From positions 392,070 through 456,069 of the forward strand of contig NMRA01000104.1 in assembly GCA_002633005.1 (NCBI GenBank): a DNA stretch of 64,000 bases, written 5' to 3'. Shown here in pieces: positions 37,871 through 51,851 of this stretch. The notes beneath the pieces were generated by a model. The model saw only the letters and a program-made list of their open reading frames with translations. It ran no database searches and had not been told where the DNA came from. A program made the translations under genes and the position numbers. The first letter of the stretch is position 1. Each line of letters starts with the position of its first letter. Source of the DNA: Phoronis australis. Lineage: Eukaryota; Animalia; Phoronida.

Positions 37871-38769
37871 AGGCGAAGGCAACCTTTTTCATGCCATTTT
37901 TAGCAAAAATTAGGTTCGTTGGTTATCCCAGACATATTTTCAACTTAATTACAACTTTTCGTAATTTAACTAAATATTCGTTCTCTACTCCGGAAGTGAC
38001 GTTTTGGGAGGCAAGCATTTCCCGCCAATTTCTTTTCATATAGTCTGACTATGAGAGCTGTCGCGTCAGTCATTGATTTACCTCCGTTGTGATAAGCTCG
38101 GTCGTCGTTTGCTTTTGTTTACGAGTCAGTCAACATGCCACACTGTTGCTGCGTACCGGAATGTACTCATTATGGCCCAAAGCCTGTAAGCAACCCTGCT
38201 GCGATGTTGAGTAGTGGGAGTGAATACAGGTCCAGTCAGTGAAGAGTACAATTCGTCGTTCAATGAACAGATCGTGGAGCCAAACTTTGATAAGTTTATT
38301 GTGGACTTGTTTAAAGTATTGGAGCTATATAGAAGGGGCCAGGTGTCTGGCGAAGGAGTCACACGGCGGGGTGTAAGCAGTTTGTGTGCTCAGGTCACTA
38401 TCCAGTGGGAGTGTGTCGCGGTACCCTGGGGTAAATGGGACAGTTGTTCCTCTGTCCGTGAGACAATAATGAGTACATCCCGGTACGCAGCCACAGTGTG
38501 GCATGTTGACTGACTCGTAAACAATAGCAAACGACGACCGAACTTATCACAACCGAGATAGAACAATGACTGACTCGGCAGCTCTCACAGTCAGACTATA
38601 TGAAAAGAAATTGGCGCGAAATGCTTGCCTCCCAAAACGTCACTTCCGGAGTAGAGAATGAATAATTAATTAAATTACAAAAAGCTGTAATTAAGTGGAA
38701 AATTTATCTGGGATAACCAACGAACCTTATTTTTGCTAAAAAAGACATGAAAAAGGGTTGCCTTCGCTT
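37871..38769. mobile_element. Kolobok-like foldback MITE with ~300-bp TIRs and TTAA TSD
   Basis: TTAA|AGGCGAAGGCAACC...CCTTCGCTT|TTAA. Arm 37871-38173 is the reverse complement of 38467-38769. Each arm ends in a THAP start (MPHCCCVPECTH / MPHCGCVPGCTH). Confidence 0.92.
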
Positions 38770-39267
38770 TTAACTCATTAGGCTGTATCGAGTTGACAGC
38801 ATAAACAATCAGCATTGGTTGATGTAACTGTCACTGATAAACTGTTAGAAATCATTCCAAACAATAATAATGCTTTAATTTACGAAAAGATACCGATTGC
38901 TACGTCAAGTATCGTAACACATATCACAACAAACAAATATTAACCCGACTAGCGACTGCCACGAAGTTGACATCGGCCAGTAAAACAGGCATCAGTAGAA
39001 TAATGATGGAATAATCGTTAAAATAATCACAAACTTTACCTTTGTATAAGGTCGTGCTTACTTCCTCTCATAGAAGCACCCTTTTCACGCAATCTCAGAT
39101 TTAGTTGACATGGCTGCAAGCCATTTCACCATGAATTTAAAGGTCTCGCGAAATTGAGGCTGTTAATCTATCACCACTAGTACACGCGCGCCCTCTAGTT
39201 ATTGTAGATTTTCCGAATAGCCCCATTCACTCTGGGTTTGACAGTGTGTTCACACGTGGTGTGTAAT

Positions 39268-39393
39268 AAGCCTGGTAGATAACTGGCGTACCTGTTGTCA
39301 TAACAGACAAAAGACTGTGCTTGGCAGTTAACAAAGAAGCTTGATGGTATCACACGCTCAGAACCCCCTTCGTCTGGTAAAGTCACTGAACGG
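39268..39393 (+). repeat. Copy of the dispersed repeat at 5338-5458
   Basis: Near-identical sequence. Confidence 0.85.
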
Positions 39394-41554
39394 TAAAACG
39401 CTGTCAAGTCTATGACGTGATGTGTATACCAAATACGGTACCCAAGATTGTCTGTGAAAGTGCTGAATAACAAGCAAAGAATTATCTTATAATAAATCGA
39501 TTAGATTTTCAATTTGTGAAATATGCAAGTTAAAGCACTGAACCATTCAAAAATATGAAGTTTGTCGGAAACTTAGAAAAAATCCATCCAGGATTATAAA
39601 AGTAGAAACATGTGTCGTTTTAGCTTCGATGAATTTCTTAGTTTTCTTCATTTACTTTCGCTTGTGGACTAGAAGTAGTGATAGAAACACCTCCTCGTAT
39701 GGATCACAGCATTGGAAAATAACGGTGGAAACTGTGCTGATTTGCAGAACTTGAGGTTAGGGATGTATCGCAAAAAGCAGATTTTACGCTACGACCGGCA
39801 GCAACGGAGAGTTGAACGCTACGAGCAGACGATTGATTCAGTAAAATAAAACACATTTTATTCGATATTAGGTCGCAATTTCCTGTAAAGACCTTAGCTC
39901 TCAGTGTACATATACTGAATGCATCCAAAACAAATCGTTTTCGTTGGATTTGAATTAGATTTTGACTAATTTTGTTGGCTAAGGACGCTATTTAACTGGA
40001 CCAGTCCTATTTATAATGATCCAGATTGAAACTTCAGCCATTCCCAAAAATAGCCACCTGGTCACCGTGCGTCGGAATTATCATCTGTAAATCTTTTCTG
40101 TTTTTAGATCAGACGCCTTGGATTAATTATTTAGGTAACCCAAATGAACGAGTTCAATCAAATTTGGAGTTGCACTCCCAAATTTACTCCACCAGGAGAC
40201 TGCTCAACAACCGTGAAATACGGTTTTTACCGTTGTATACGCTACGACCTCTACCGTGATACACGGATTGGCCCTACTTCCCCGTATTTCACAGTTAATA
40301 ACGTGGATGGGCGATGTCAGCATTCCCATGCTGCCATTATGGCGTTTTGTCCATGCCCATCTTGCAGAGTCTTAGTTAGTTTTATCTATTTACGTCATGA
40401 TTATTATTCGCAATCCTCCTCTTGTTTTACTCTGCAACATAGCTCGTGGCGTACCCCGGGCAAAATAGATTACGATAAATAAAGTGACTTATACAACATC
40501 CATTTTTTCACATATGTATGGGATAAGTTCACATAAGTCAGTACATATACAAAACTTACCGAGAGTGGAGTAGATGAAGTAATATCCTAACGAGACACTA
40601 TTCCGCGTATCGACTCAGAGACCGAACGTCGAGTTCGATACACTGTACGTGGAATAATGTCAAATTCTGAGTTTCTTTCGTTTTTTCGTCAGAGTTTTCA
40701 AATATTTCATCCAGACTGTTCACGTGGCTGATCACATCCTATATGCATGTTCTTGCGCGATATGCTATAAGTTTTCTCCAGTATGAGAAACAGTTTTAAA
40801 TGTAGCGATTTATTACTTGAAAAGAGATAACAAAGATGAAAACAACGGTAATTGAACTTGAAACACTTCCTAGAAATTATTAAATAACAATTTTAACATT
40901 GCAAGTTACCAAGGTGTTGCAGACTACATAATACTTAGCAAATAAAACTGAGACAGAAGTGTCATGTAACTAACGATTTTGTACCAGATGCTATGTTTGG
41001 GACCTAATTACATGTTGAGTGTTATTTGCACTGCTGCAATGTTATTACTTTAAATTATGTTGGGAAAGTTTGATGATCAAACTGGCTAAGGACGAGGAGT
41101 CGACATTGACCTACCTTTTGAACTTTCCATGTAAGAGGCCACTGTTAAAGTCGTCCCGGGAGTGCAATACTTGAACTTACCCTTCAAAACATTCTCCTTA
41201 AACTCTCGTGGTTTTACGTGATGTTGCATGATCTCAGTTTTCTGGTACGAAACTTGCTCTTCGGAAGGAACAGCGTACCAGGATCGAACTCAAAGACACA
41301 GCAACTATCATAGCCATTGTAGAATTAAACCTTTCGTCCCACCATATTCACCATAGAGCCACTTAGGGCAATGCTAATAAATCATTCCGTACAGTTATAG
41401 TTGGTGGCTAAAGGAACTGTTGTCAGTGTTGTTTACACATTTTGAAGGTAGGTTGATAGGCATTCTAGAGATGATATGTACATTCTGTCTTCCTTCTGTT
41501 AAAATATTAATTTTTGGTTTAGACCTGTTTGAAGATAAAACGTCATTTAGAAAT

Positions 41555-41835
41555 GGGATCTGTGTCAAAAAAGTGACTTAAGACAGAAATTTAGTCTTAC
41601 GCTCCACATGACAATTTCTGAAAAATAATTTAATCTCGCTTGAGCAAAATTGCAGATTCTCTTAGAACACACACATAACAACTAGTTACTGAGTTAAGTT
41701 CTATAAATTACTTCTATATTGTTATTGTGATACGCTCGTAATTACTTGGCTAAACTTTTACTCAACAATTGTTAAGTGGGACCGTAAGACCAAATTTCTG
41801 TCTCAAGTCTTAAGTCACTTTCATGAAACAGACCC
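41555..41835. mobile_element. PIF/Harbinger-like MITE
   Basis: GGGATCTGTGTCAAAAAAGTGACTTAAGAC..AGAAATTTAGTCTTACG versus CGTAAGACCAAATTTCT...GTCTTAAGTCACTTTCATGAAACAGACCC. The termini are GGG...CCC. Confidence 0.75.
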
Positions 41836-43538
41836 TTAGCTGGTCTCCATTGCCTACTCTGATTGGACGTGGTTTCTGGACTTAAAAACAACTTGTACTC
41901 TCAACAGTTAAATTTCCGAGGGTGTGCTTGAGAGACTACCTCGGTGAACTTTACGAGAGGTTGAGACAAATATGCCAACAGCGAATCAGTAAGAGCTACA
42001 GATCTTCAAATCAAATCATTTTTCGTGTCCTTATGTATCACTATGGGTTCTTTGTTACAGCATGTTTAACAGGTTTATCTGTCGATAAGTCTTAGCTGTA
42101 TATAAAGGTGGGTGGCGCGGAATTTTATTCTAGTTGCTCACTTTTTCAAACATAAATTCAACTGAGATGAGCAAACATGATGCGGAATTTTTTACCGAAA
42201 ATTCTGTACCCGCCGTAAAATTTAGTGAAAGCTTTTGAAATTTTGTGTTTGCTTCAATAGTTTTCCTTGATGCCGTTCTTAATTATACAACGATATTACG
42301 GACTCGTACATAAAGGTGTTTAAGTTGACACGGAGCCGAAGGATTATCAATATCAAATTGTTTGACAAATTGATGGGAATGATATTGATAAAAATTAACA
42401 ATATTTTCAAGCCATGTAACGTCAAAGGTGCCAGAAATATCTATGATGGGTCTGGCAAATTTATGAAATATTTGCCCCCCTAATTTCTGTCTATGATAAC
42501 TGTGACGAAATGTTCATACATGTAAGTCCATTATCAACTTTGATATTCACGGAGTAAGTTAATAAATCAGACTCCTGCGAGACGAAAATGAAGTTTGGTG
42601 GAATAAAGTGCATAAGTCACTTTTCCGGAGATTTAAAACACAACTTCGGCTTCAATTTCACCTAATTGGCCGCACCGTTAGAACAATTCTTTCTTGTCAA
42701 TGGGTTCAATAGAACCTATAATCGATCAATAAACGCTTCAGCGAGGAGATACCACCGATTGTATATCTCGTTTCTAAGGAGTAACTGGATAATATGAAGG
42801 CGATTTTGCGTCATGGGACACTTATGAACAAGGTTAAACATCCTTTTAATTACGGCTTGAAAGGCACATATTACATGACCGACAAACCTCCTCAGACCAG
42901 CACATTAGCTCACCAGCAACGCATTTTACATGTATAGACAACCTATTGGATTCGCACCAAATGACATAAACAGTCGACGTGTGTCCGTGGCGGATACAGC
43001 AACAGTCGATACAATCCGGCTATTAATCATTTCCAGTTACCTTTAAATCCCTGTCTTAGCCAAAGAGTGGCACACGTTCATCAAAAAAGACTATAGGTGC
43101 TGTCTTCAGCTTTGTCTGTTGATGTTGTATGCAGCTTACTCGATATGAGCGTTCTGGTATGATGACAAGCGGGGCATAAGCTTTTGACCCATGAACTTAA
43201 TAAGTTCACAAAGCTTAGAACAACCAATACACATGTTTTCATGACATTTTCTAAATGTTCTCCATCCACACGGATACGGTAATGCGACCGAAAGCCCAAT
43301 TTTCCTTTCGCTTTCCACTAGTTTTCATTCACACTGAATGCGCATTATAGTTAACGAAGCTTGACGTCAGGATTTGGCGTAGGGTGGCGTTTTACTGAAT
43401 TCGACCATCCACACATGTACGTCAACATGATCGTGACGTCAGCGTTTTCAAAAATTGCGTTTTAAAGGTGTTAAAAATCCACTTTAGAGAGCGTTTTCAA
43501 TAGCGATTTTTGTTGTCGAATTCAGTACACGGAGTGTT

Positions 43539-44087
43539 GGGCCCTTTCTACACGACTCTGTTTTCATTTGGAAACGCAACATTGCTACTTCCGTCCACAC
43601 GTATCCATTGAATGTGACATCTGCGTTAGAACATGTTCTACATAGCGGACTTCTTGAAAACGTCGTATTCGATATATTTATGTGGAGAAATGAATTAGCA
43701 GTTTTTTTGAACTTCGTTCAACTAACGTGGACTCGCTGGTTCCCTACGTGCCTAGCCAGCACGCTGGCCACTTACCATCTAGCGGCACGCAGGGAACCAG
43801 CGAGCTAGCGTGGACAGTGAAGACGTAAAATTTCGAAAATACCAACGCTACGATCGTATAAGCATATTCCGTTCGCGTTTACGGAAAACTTTGAAAACAG
43901 TTTCAGTCGTACTAAAGCACTTGTGTGCACGGTCGAAAACGCAATTTTCAAAAAAAACTAACGTCTCGATAATATTAGCGTTGGCGGGAAAACGATTTGA
44001 AAACAATACGCGTGGACGGGAATTTTTTGAGAGTTCAAACAAAAAATTACTTTTTCTAAATGAAAACAGAGTCCATTTGGACAGCTC
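43539..44087. mobile_element. Harbinger-like MITE immediately 3' of the claudin-like stop codon
   Basis: GACTCTGTTTTCATTTGGAAA near the left end versus TTTCTAAATGAAAACAGAGTC near the right end. Internal TCCACACG/CGTGTGGA motifs. Related fragments at ~43250-43510 and ~50525-50600. Confidence 0.6.
43732..43804. mobile_element. ~75-bp mini-MITE nested in the Harbinger-like element; same family as 61395-61471
   Basis: CTCGCTGGTTCCCTACGTGCC / GGCACGCAGGGAACCAGCGAG inverted ends. Confidence 0.75.
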
Positions 44088-44102
44088 CTCAGACCAGCAC
44101 AA

Positions 44103-44404
44103 TTAGCGAGTATCCCCCGCTGCGTCTACTCCACAAAGTTGACGGTATGCCCAGACGGACGAAATAGTCCCGTTTGTTATTCTCACGCGCAGAATGTATG
44201 ATGTTAAAAACCACGAAAGACCGGCGAGGATACTGACAACAAAATATGTCCAGGAGAGATACATGGCCCAGTCGGGCGTGACGGTCTTATCGTCAAACAG
44301 TGGCACTGGAATGAGTATGTTGAATTCGGGAGAGGCTCGTCCCAACCTGGCAGTCTCCACTGAGCGCATCATCATTAGACATGTAGCAAATAAGGAATAG
44401 ACGG
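44103..44404 (-). CDS. Claudin/PMP22-superfamily tetraspan protein, coding exon 4 (end of TM3, ECL2, TM4, tail)
   Basis: Acceptor TTTTCTTTTTTACAG, phase 1. Reads AVYSLFATCLMMM...PDWAMYLSWTYFVVSILAGLSWFL, resembling the GWS(F/Y)YLAW TM4 motif. Stop TAA. Confidence 0.85.
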
Positions 44405-47224
44405 CTGTAAAAAAGAAAACAATGTTTTCACTAAGTTGATTTTACTCAATCATGAAGAAATAATGATTAGACGGTTACATGAAACTAAATTACCCAACAA
44501 ATCGACATGCCTTCTAGAATATTGTTGTTCACATTTATAGAAGTCGCGATTTATGTAGAGCCACCACTTAATTACATATTTTCAATTTGACCCCATAAGG
44601 AATCGTAGGGCCTTTTTAAATTTTTTAAAAGTTTTTTTGCAATATTGAATACCAGCGTGGATAAATCTATTATCTTTATTTCAAGTTAACATTAAAATCG
44701 ACATCTTGCATGTTTATGGTACAAAAAGGATTACCCGGTCCCACCTCAACCTCGTGGAAAATTATTTACAGCTTATCCAAGTTCAAAGGTTACAGAACTG
44801 TCACTCAAATCAAATCTCCCGCCAGGTACTAGCAGTTCCGCTTGAACCCACAATTCACACTTATTTCATTCGCTGACATAGTACTGAGTCAAAATGTACA
44901 TAACATAGAAATATACCGAGGAAAACGAAGCGAAAACGTAACTGTGATCTTCAGGTACTTGTGCGTCAGCGTACATACAACCGTTGATTAACGCATGACG
45001 AATGCATCGAGTCGCCACACGGCGTGTGGCACTTTGTTTTCACAAACACAGCACATTGTGAAAACTGATAAATCCTCGTCAAATTCAATAGTTTTATTTG
45101 TAATTTGGCGTTTTGCTGTTTCGATATCGCGCTCACGGCGCGCTTTAGTCATAGATACTATTTCTGTTCCCCATTTCTTGATTGATTCCTTGATATCAAT
45201 CTCTTCAACGCGTGGTTCATAAGTTATGCACCACTGTAATGAACTGTTGATCTACTTAACGTTGATTCCTTCTCTGACCTAGTTTGACTCGAGGCTCTGA
45301 TCTCCCGACTTACGAGATTAAAACGACGTTCAAGTGATAATTAAGTTAATTACACACTACGTTTAGTTGACTTTACGGGTAAATGTTGAAATAATGAGCA
45401 TGTTTAAGGCATGTATCGGTCACATTGACTAAAACAAGTTTTCACCGAATAATTAAGCGAAAACCTTGAGATTTTGAAGGTTCGCGATGTTTTCAGCTTT
45501 TTCCCGGCTTCGGCAAATCGACTAGATTTGACATTAGGAACACGAGTTCTCGAAAATGACTCAGTGGATTTCAGTAAAACATCAAAATTTTATTATTTAT
45601 TTATTATTCTTTAAAAGTGTGCTAGAATATTTTAACACCTAGTACCGTGCCACAGACAATTACGACCGCTGTTGTATACAGAATGCCTTATATCTTGCGA
45701 GTTAATTTGGCATAGAAAAAAAACTAAGTGCGTAATCGAAAATTCCTAACAGCATTTTGAGAGATATCGGCAAGTTTTCCCTTGAATAAAGTTTCAATAA
45801 ATTCGACTAAGGGGTATTTCTGCTATGAGTGTAACTTTGTTAAAACTGAAAATTTGACTTGAAAAGGCGGCCACGTTATAAAAACAATGGCACGTAAGCA
45901 CAATGTGTATTTTTTAAAATCCCTGGCATTTCTTCTTTTAGAAAATGTATGCTTTTACCAGTTGACACAGCCTAGTTTGTCTGGTAATTGACTTTGAATT
46001 AACGTTCATCAATAAGCTCCTACATAACCTTATCAGACAGGTACACTGACAAATTACTCTCACACAGATACTCCTGTTTTCCCGCAACAATTGTTACAAT
46101 TCGCCTAAAGAGCTTTCCAAAAGGTCGAACATGCTTCAGTGGTCATTTAGAGTGCCACCTGTTGTCAAGAGTAGCCACAGACCTTGACAGAACATCGTAA
46201 ATCGACTGAAACAAATCTTTACTAGTCGCAAGAAATAACACTGTTTGCGGCAATTATGCCATAAACGGTCAGAATAGCAGTCTCCGTTCTGCATAGAAGG
46301 CTCACACAGATTCGTTGCCAATCTGCCTACTAGTACCGCAAAGAACAGTTGAACATAAATTAAGAAATTGGACTGTTTTGGGTCGGTTTCCCGGGAGTGC
46401 CGCTTAGTTGACGACCCTTTTGAGTTCCCGCAAGCAGCTGAGACATGGCAAATTTTGCTCCTCTTCGCCTGTCGCAAACATTGTGTTGTTTTCTGTGGTT
46501 GACCTGTCTATGTTCTTCCGCATGAGGTGCATGAAAGTTGAAATTAATTTGTCTCTGGCCGGGCGTGTTTTCAGGTGTAGACTGGCATTGGTTTTTGATC
46601 TAAAATCTTATTTGGATGTTCTATTCCCTTCGTGTCAATAACAGTAGCACTCGACTGACGCGACCTTGTTATGTAAGCCCAATGATTATGTAATCTGTTA
46701 ACAACAGACTACTCGAGGACATTCAAGTAGGTTCCAACATATCAGTGACCGATATAGAATCAGAGTCTGACATATAATTGTACAATAATTGGACAGGTTG
46801 CAGAGATTTCTAGAATGTGCTTGAATTAATGGAAAGTTCTCGGACCTTGTGGGAAACTCTAAATACTCAGGCACGAGTAAGTATGAGATGGTCAACAGTT
46901 GCAGAATCTGCAGTCACTGCGTCATAGGTTACAAAGTCAATAGTGAGAAAGCTGTAGAGACGGCGATCAGCAATAGGTATTGATCCTGTCAACGACAGAC
47001 AGTTGTTGAATGTGACTCAAGAGTACATCAAGTCAAGGCTTCGCAGCACTGACTGGAAGGCGTTACCTCGGGCGTTTTTTATTGAGTAGACCTGTGCACG
47101 CTCTTTCGACATTATTAATTGTGATTAACTCAAACCAGTCTTCAATCTGTCATCACACCGAAAGCTATCAGTACCGGTTAATGACGACCTGCGCCTACCC
47201 ATCCACGGAAGAAAACGTGACACC

Positions 47225-47504
47225 TACTGTATAAACCCGCAATTAAGCGCATTTACCTAGTTATGAAGCTGCGCTTATTTGCGAAACTTAGGCGTTTTCG
47301 TATTAATACGAGACATTTCAGTAGGAATTAAATGTTACTTTATCGAAGATCAAGGCTAAAGGCTTATTAAAAAATAAACCTATTATTTTATATTTTAGTA
47401 TTTTTAAATACTAAAATCATTAACACAAACTTTTTTTTCACTGACGCCGCATGCTACTAATTGAGGAACTTATCCGAATGCGCCTATATACGGTGTTATA
47501 CGGT
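47225..47504. mobile_element. pogo/Tc1-mariner-like MITE, degenerate
   Basis: TACTGTATAAACCCGCAATTAAGCGCA versus TGCGCCTATATACGGTGTTATACGGT: imperfect TIRs. Confidence 0.45.
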
Positions 47505-47682
47505 TTTTTCCAATGCAATAGTGAACTATTTTGGGATGAATTCACTGCAAGGGATATATAGCGCAACACAAAACATTATCGATCCTCTAGTTGGAACATT
47601 TTGTTTGAACGTTAAACACGTGTAGCTGTTTCATGCGTTGTCATCCGTATTTCTGCCAACACGGAAACATCAAACACCTTAC

Positions 47683-47826
47683 CTCCTATTAATAGGCAAG
47701 TTCCAGCCAAAATGGAGGAAATCACTTGCTTGAGAGCTGCCGCAAAGATACCAATAAAAAGCCCAAAGGAGATGCAAATCATGCCAACGACGCATGTGGC
47801 CTGAGCAGAACGCGTCAGCTGTAAGT
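47683..47826 (-). CDS. Claudin/PMP22-superfamily protein, coding exon 3 (TM2-TM3)
   Basis: Acceptor TTACTTTTTCAG and donor GAG|GTAAGG, 144 nt, phase 1-1. Reads LQLTRSAQATCVVGMICISFGLFIGIFAAALKQVISSILAGTCLLIG. Confidence 0.88.
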
Positions 47827-48406
47827 CTGAAAAAGTAACACCAATTAAAGAGCACTTTCGTTTGTGTTTGTGTTTATCTTGATGAACAGTGTATATATCA
47901 TGAACTTTCAACACCAAGACGGAAACATGTGACCCCTAGAGAAGCTTCTAAATTATTCTTCATGTGCAGTGCCTGGGTTTTCTGAACGAAGCTACACAAG
48001 ATTGCAGCTAATATGTGCGCGTCGAGCTTGGCATTTATGTTAACTCGAATCTTTCTGTAATGCATGATTAAAGACCATTAACATTAGGTCTAGCGTTTTC
48101 TTGAACTTTCTTATCCGTCAATTCATAGTGTAAAGTTTTATGCACTTTTGACAACTTTTAAAACTAGTTTTACATTGTTGGGTGACTATTTGGCCTATAT
48201 ATTCTTCTTCAAAGTCGTAAAAACCTTATAATTGAGTTTGGAAAAATAATTCAGGAAGCTGAGGCTGGGCAAGGCGGTATAGCACAGGGTAATTTTTTCT
48301 TAAGTTGGTGACAATTGGGGGGGGGGTGTAGATACGAACTGTGTGACAATTGGAGCTGAGTTTAACACGGAGAAGTGTATCTACCTGGTGGAATCAAGGA
48401 AGTACG

Positions 48407-48603
48407 AAATTTATACCGCACTCGGGTAATTAGACAAATACGCCAACATTCAAAGATGCTTCTATGTCCACAAATTTATACCGCACTCGGGTAATTAGAT
48501 AAATACGCCAATATTCAAAGATGCGTCTATGTCCACAAATTTATACCGCACTCGGGTAATTAGACAAATACACCAATATTCAAAGATGGGTCTATGTCCA
48601 CAA
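48407..48603 (+). repeat. Tandem repeat, 65-bp unit x3
   Basis: AAATTTATACCGCACTCGGGTAATTAGA.AAATAC.CCAA.ATTCAAAGATG..TCTATGTCCAC starts at 48407, 48472 and 48537. Confidence 0.95.
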
Positions 48604-48779
48604 TTAGACGCATATGCTTGTACGCGAACGATTTGAAGAAAACGATATCTGAAATTTTGAATTTTGGACATCCCCTTCCCTCCGCGTGGTCAGAAACAGG
48701 GTTGGCGGGCGACGGGCGAACCCGCCGGACGTCCAATCGCCCAAACCACCCAGATTTGCCAATGACTGGATCATAATGA

Positions 48780-50014
48780 AAAAAGCATGTTTCCAAGAAG
48801 ACGGATATATATCTAGCTGAAGCCGTTTGTCAAATGGATTGGTTAAGGGCAAGGTAATTTCGTTGGCAATCATTTTGATCATCTTGCTGGTGATAAAAGC
48901 TGTGCCATCATTCTTATTGGGGTCGATTCCACTGAGATACTTCCGGACATCAGTTCGATTAGCCAGGATATCAGACAGTTGATTGAGACAACGTTCACGA
49001 AGAAAGAGAAAGTTACTTACTACAGTTGGTGTAATGTAGCTTTTGTTCCTGAAAATTTTGAGAACAGGTCACACTTGTCACTGCTACTTGAAGCTAGGTT
49101 ACCATGTGGTTGATGACTGGGTAAGAGGATTGTTGTTGACTGCGGGGTATTTTATTGGTGATGTTCCAGTTATCTTTGGAGTTCTTGCTTACACTGTTAA
49201 TTTGTGAAAAAAGCTTGTGTCGGTGATCAGCTTTGGCTTGTTTTACTAAAGTCTCTGGCTGCAGTCGTGATTGCTCTGTGTATCTGTTGTAGATTACACT
49301 GTTGTTAGATCTTCTGAAAGAGCTGTAAAGTCTTTTTCTTGTTCGGATTGCCCATTTAACATTATTGTTGAACCACGGTTGGCTGTTGTGTTTAATTATC
49401 TTTTCAGTTGATGGGGTGTTGTTTTGTTTAAAATTTCATATATAGAGAGTACTAGTGAAGAGTGAAACAGTGTCATCAATGTCGCCAGTGTCCAATATGG
49501 AATCCCAGTCAGTGGAGGTGATATCTGGACGTGACTTGATCATATTTCCAAATTTTTCGTGTGGTGTGTTGTTCGGTAACCGTTTTTGTTTAGGAATTAG
49601 AGTGGTTTCGATTGTGTGGTGATCAGAATTGCCAACAGGAGGTAGTACGGAACACGATTCAATGATACTCAAATTGTTTGTTATGCAGAGAACAATACAT
49701 GAATGAGAAACGTCGGTGATGCGGGTTGGCTCATTAATTAGCTCTATGCAGTCATTAGACAATAAGATATCAGACAATTGTAGTCCGGTCGTATTGTCAT
49801 GATCATCATTGCACCAATTAGAGTTTCGGGCATTAAAATCACCATTTATGATTATACTAAAGCTATTGAGGTTAATTTCTGCTAACTGGTCGGCTAAGGC
49901 TTTGAAGTAGTGTTTTCTTTCAGTTGGTGACTGAGGTGATCGATAAAACAACCCATAGTAACTTTTCTGTGACCGTAATAAATTTCGATCCAGCAGTTGC
50001 ATAACTGAGGACAA
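48780..50014 (-). mobile_element. CR1/L2-like LINE ORF2 remnant (APE endonuclease plus start of RT), intronic
   Basis: ORF 49436-50014 contains FYRSP, IINGDFNAR, LINEPTRI and GNSDH, the APE endonuclease motifs. Downstream sequence is frameshifted and RT-like. Confidence 0.85.
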
Positions 50015-50629
50015 GTTAAGCTAGGACATAATTTAAATGTGAGTGCGAACCACTAAATATACAATCGTTGTTTTTGCAAAATGTCCGACGCATTTCAATT
50101 GGAGCGTTCGCCGATGTTAGTAGTGACGTCAGTTTCCAAGTGCGTCTTGGCGATGATGCAAAACGTTTGAAGATGACGCACGCCAGGTTAAAGAAGTGTA
50201 ACTATCGCCTCAGTGCCTCGCGAGGCAAATCCTCCTGGATCATTTTGCCGCCTTGCACCTTTCACTGCGCGTGTCTCATCTGTGCAAGCTTTTTGAGAAA
50301 CACCACATGTTATATGGGTGTGGAAAATAACGTGAAAATTTGTCAAAATGAGTGTACTTCGCATTTCATTTGGTATTAAGACAAAAAAATATTCTTTTTG
50401 TCACCTCTTCACGAATTTAAACTAGCAACCATCTTGCTAAGCCAATTAGAAGCGACAAAGTAATCGATTGTCAGCACATTTTGGGACAACCTGACGATGC
50501 AAGTCGCCAATGAGCGTATTACTTGAGTGTAGACTGGAAAAATGATACGAAGATGGACGTGTGGACGGATTTTTTTGAAAACGCAAAAATTATTTTTCCG
50601 AAAATAGAAAATAAGGGCTTACACGTAAT

Positions 50630-50711
50630 ACAGAGTCATTATGGTAATCAGTGTAACACCGGTATCGAGTACAGAGCCGTTATGGTAATCAGTGTAACAC
50701 CTGTATCGAGT
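50630..50711 (+). repeat. 41-bp tandem duplication
   Basis: ACAGAG..TTATGGTAATCAGTGTAACACC.GTATCGAGT x2. Confidence 0.9.
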
Positions 50712-51851
50712 TGCTATTTCAATCGAACATCATTAAAAGTAAAAATGAGACATGTTTTTCAATTGATGTGAGCGTGACGCATGAATCTCTCTTGCTCATC
50801 ACTTAGTATGACAAGGAAGTTATGACATCCGAAGTAAAGTAGAAAGTTCTATGCTGGCCAGGTAGCAACTGTTTTGACAAAGGTGCAATGAATAGTAGTT
50901 ATGTATAGGTCCTGTAGCAACATGGAACACATAGTTTGTCATCAATGTACAAATAACTTATTATTAAACTATCCAAAAAGTAAGTAGGCCATTCGGTTTG
51001 CTCATAAGTTTCAAGAAATAGACATTATGTGCTCATTAGAAAACCCTTGGAAATTCAGTTTAGGAATTGTTTTCCTACGGTGATAGAATATTGAATAATT
51101 ATAGTCTCTGGAGGATATAAGATGCCTAAAATTTGGAACAGACCGATCACCACGCCACCTTACGTCCAATAACTTTGGAAGATTGCTACTGATAGGAGCT
51201 GAAACTTTCAACGGTAAATATATTTATACTGGTTGTGAAAAAGAAGAAAACTATTCATCAACTTTACCAACCTTATGAAACAATTTCTTGATATGTGAAA
51301 GAGTATTGTTTCGGGGAAAACCAGTGCCGTTCTTAAAAACCATTGTTGTGGTTAGTATTTTCGAGGTGGAAACTTACATTTGTGATGGCTATTTAAAGGG
51401 CTTAAAACTACCATTTACCTTATTTTGAAAAGTGACAACAGTTTTAGCACCATTGAACGTTTGTTTATAGCACTGCACATCACAATCGTGAATTCAATAT
51501 CCCAACCAACAAGAAAATTGAAGAAGAGCTGCTTCAATTTAAAATTGCTTAGCTCCACGCAGCCAACACTCAGCTCTAAAACATAGCTGAATGGTCATTG
51601 GATGGCTTTTCTACGATGGACATAATAAATGGGAGGAAAGTTCTTGTAATCAGTGTTTTAGCACTAGCCAAATCAACTTCCCTTGACGTATTTAGAGATC
51701 CTCAAGCGGCCTTACCTCTTGTATGTTGCCTCTTTTTACCTTCCTCTAACAACAACGAATCAAATGGTCTGGCATATTTCACTCTAATTTTTTTACCTAA
51801 TGGCGTCATGTAATGTTATGACCGAAATGTCAGTAGTTTACGAAAACTTAC

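Noticed and set aside
48407-48603. Regular repeats resembling a CRISPR array (also 55608-56085)
   Set aside because: The units are fully tandem with no unique spacers, there are no cas genes, and the context is eukaryotic.
49017-49050. Apparent AG...GTAAGT mini-exon
   Set aside because: Lies within the LINE RT remnant and is not needed for the claudin-like frame.
51164-51228. Candidate extra exon of the claudin-like gene
   Set aside because: Stops in all three frames from the strong acceptor; the alternative acceptor gives an incompatible phase.
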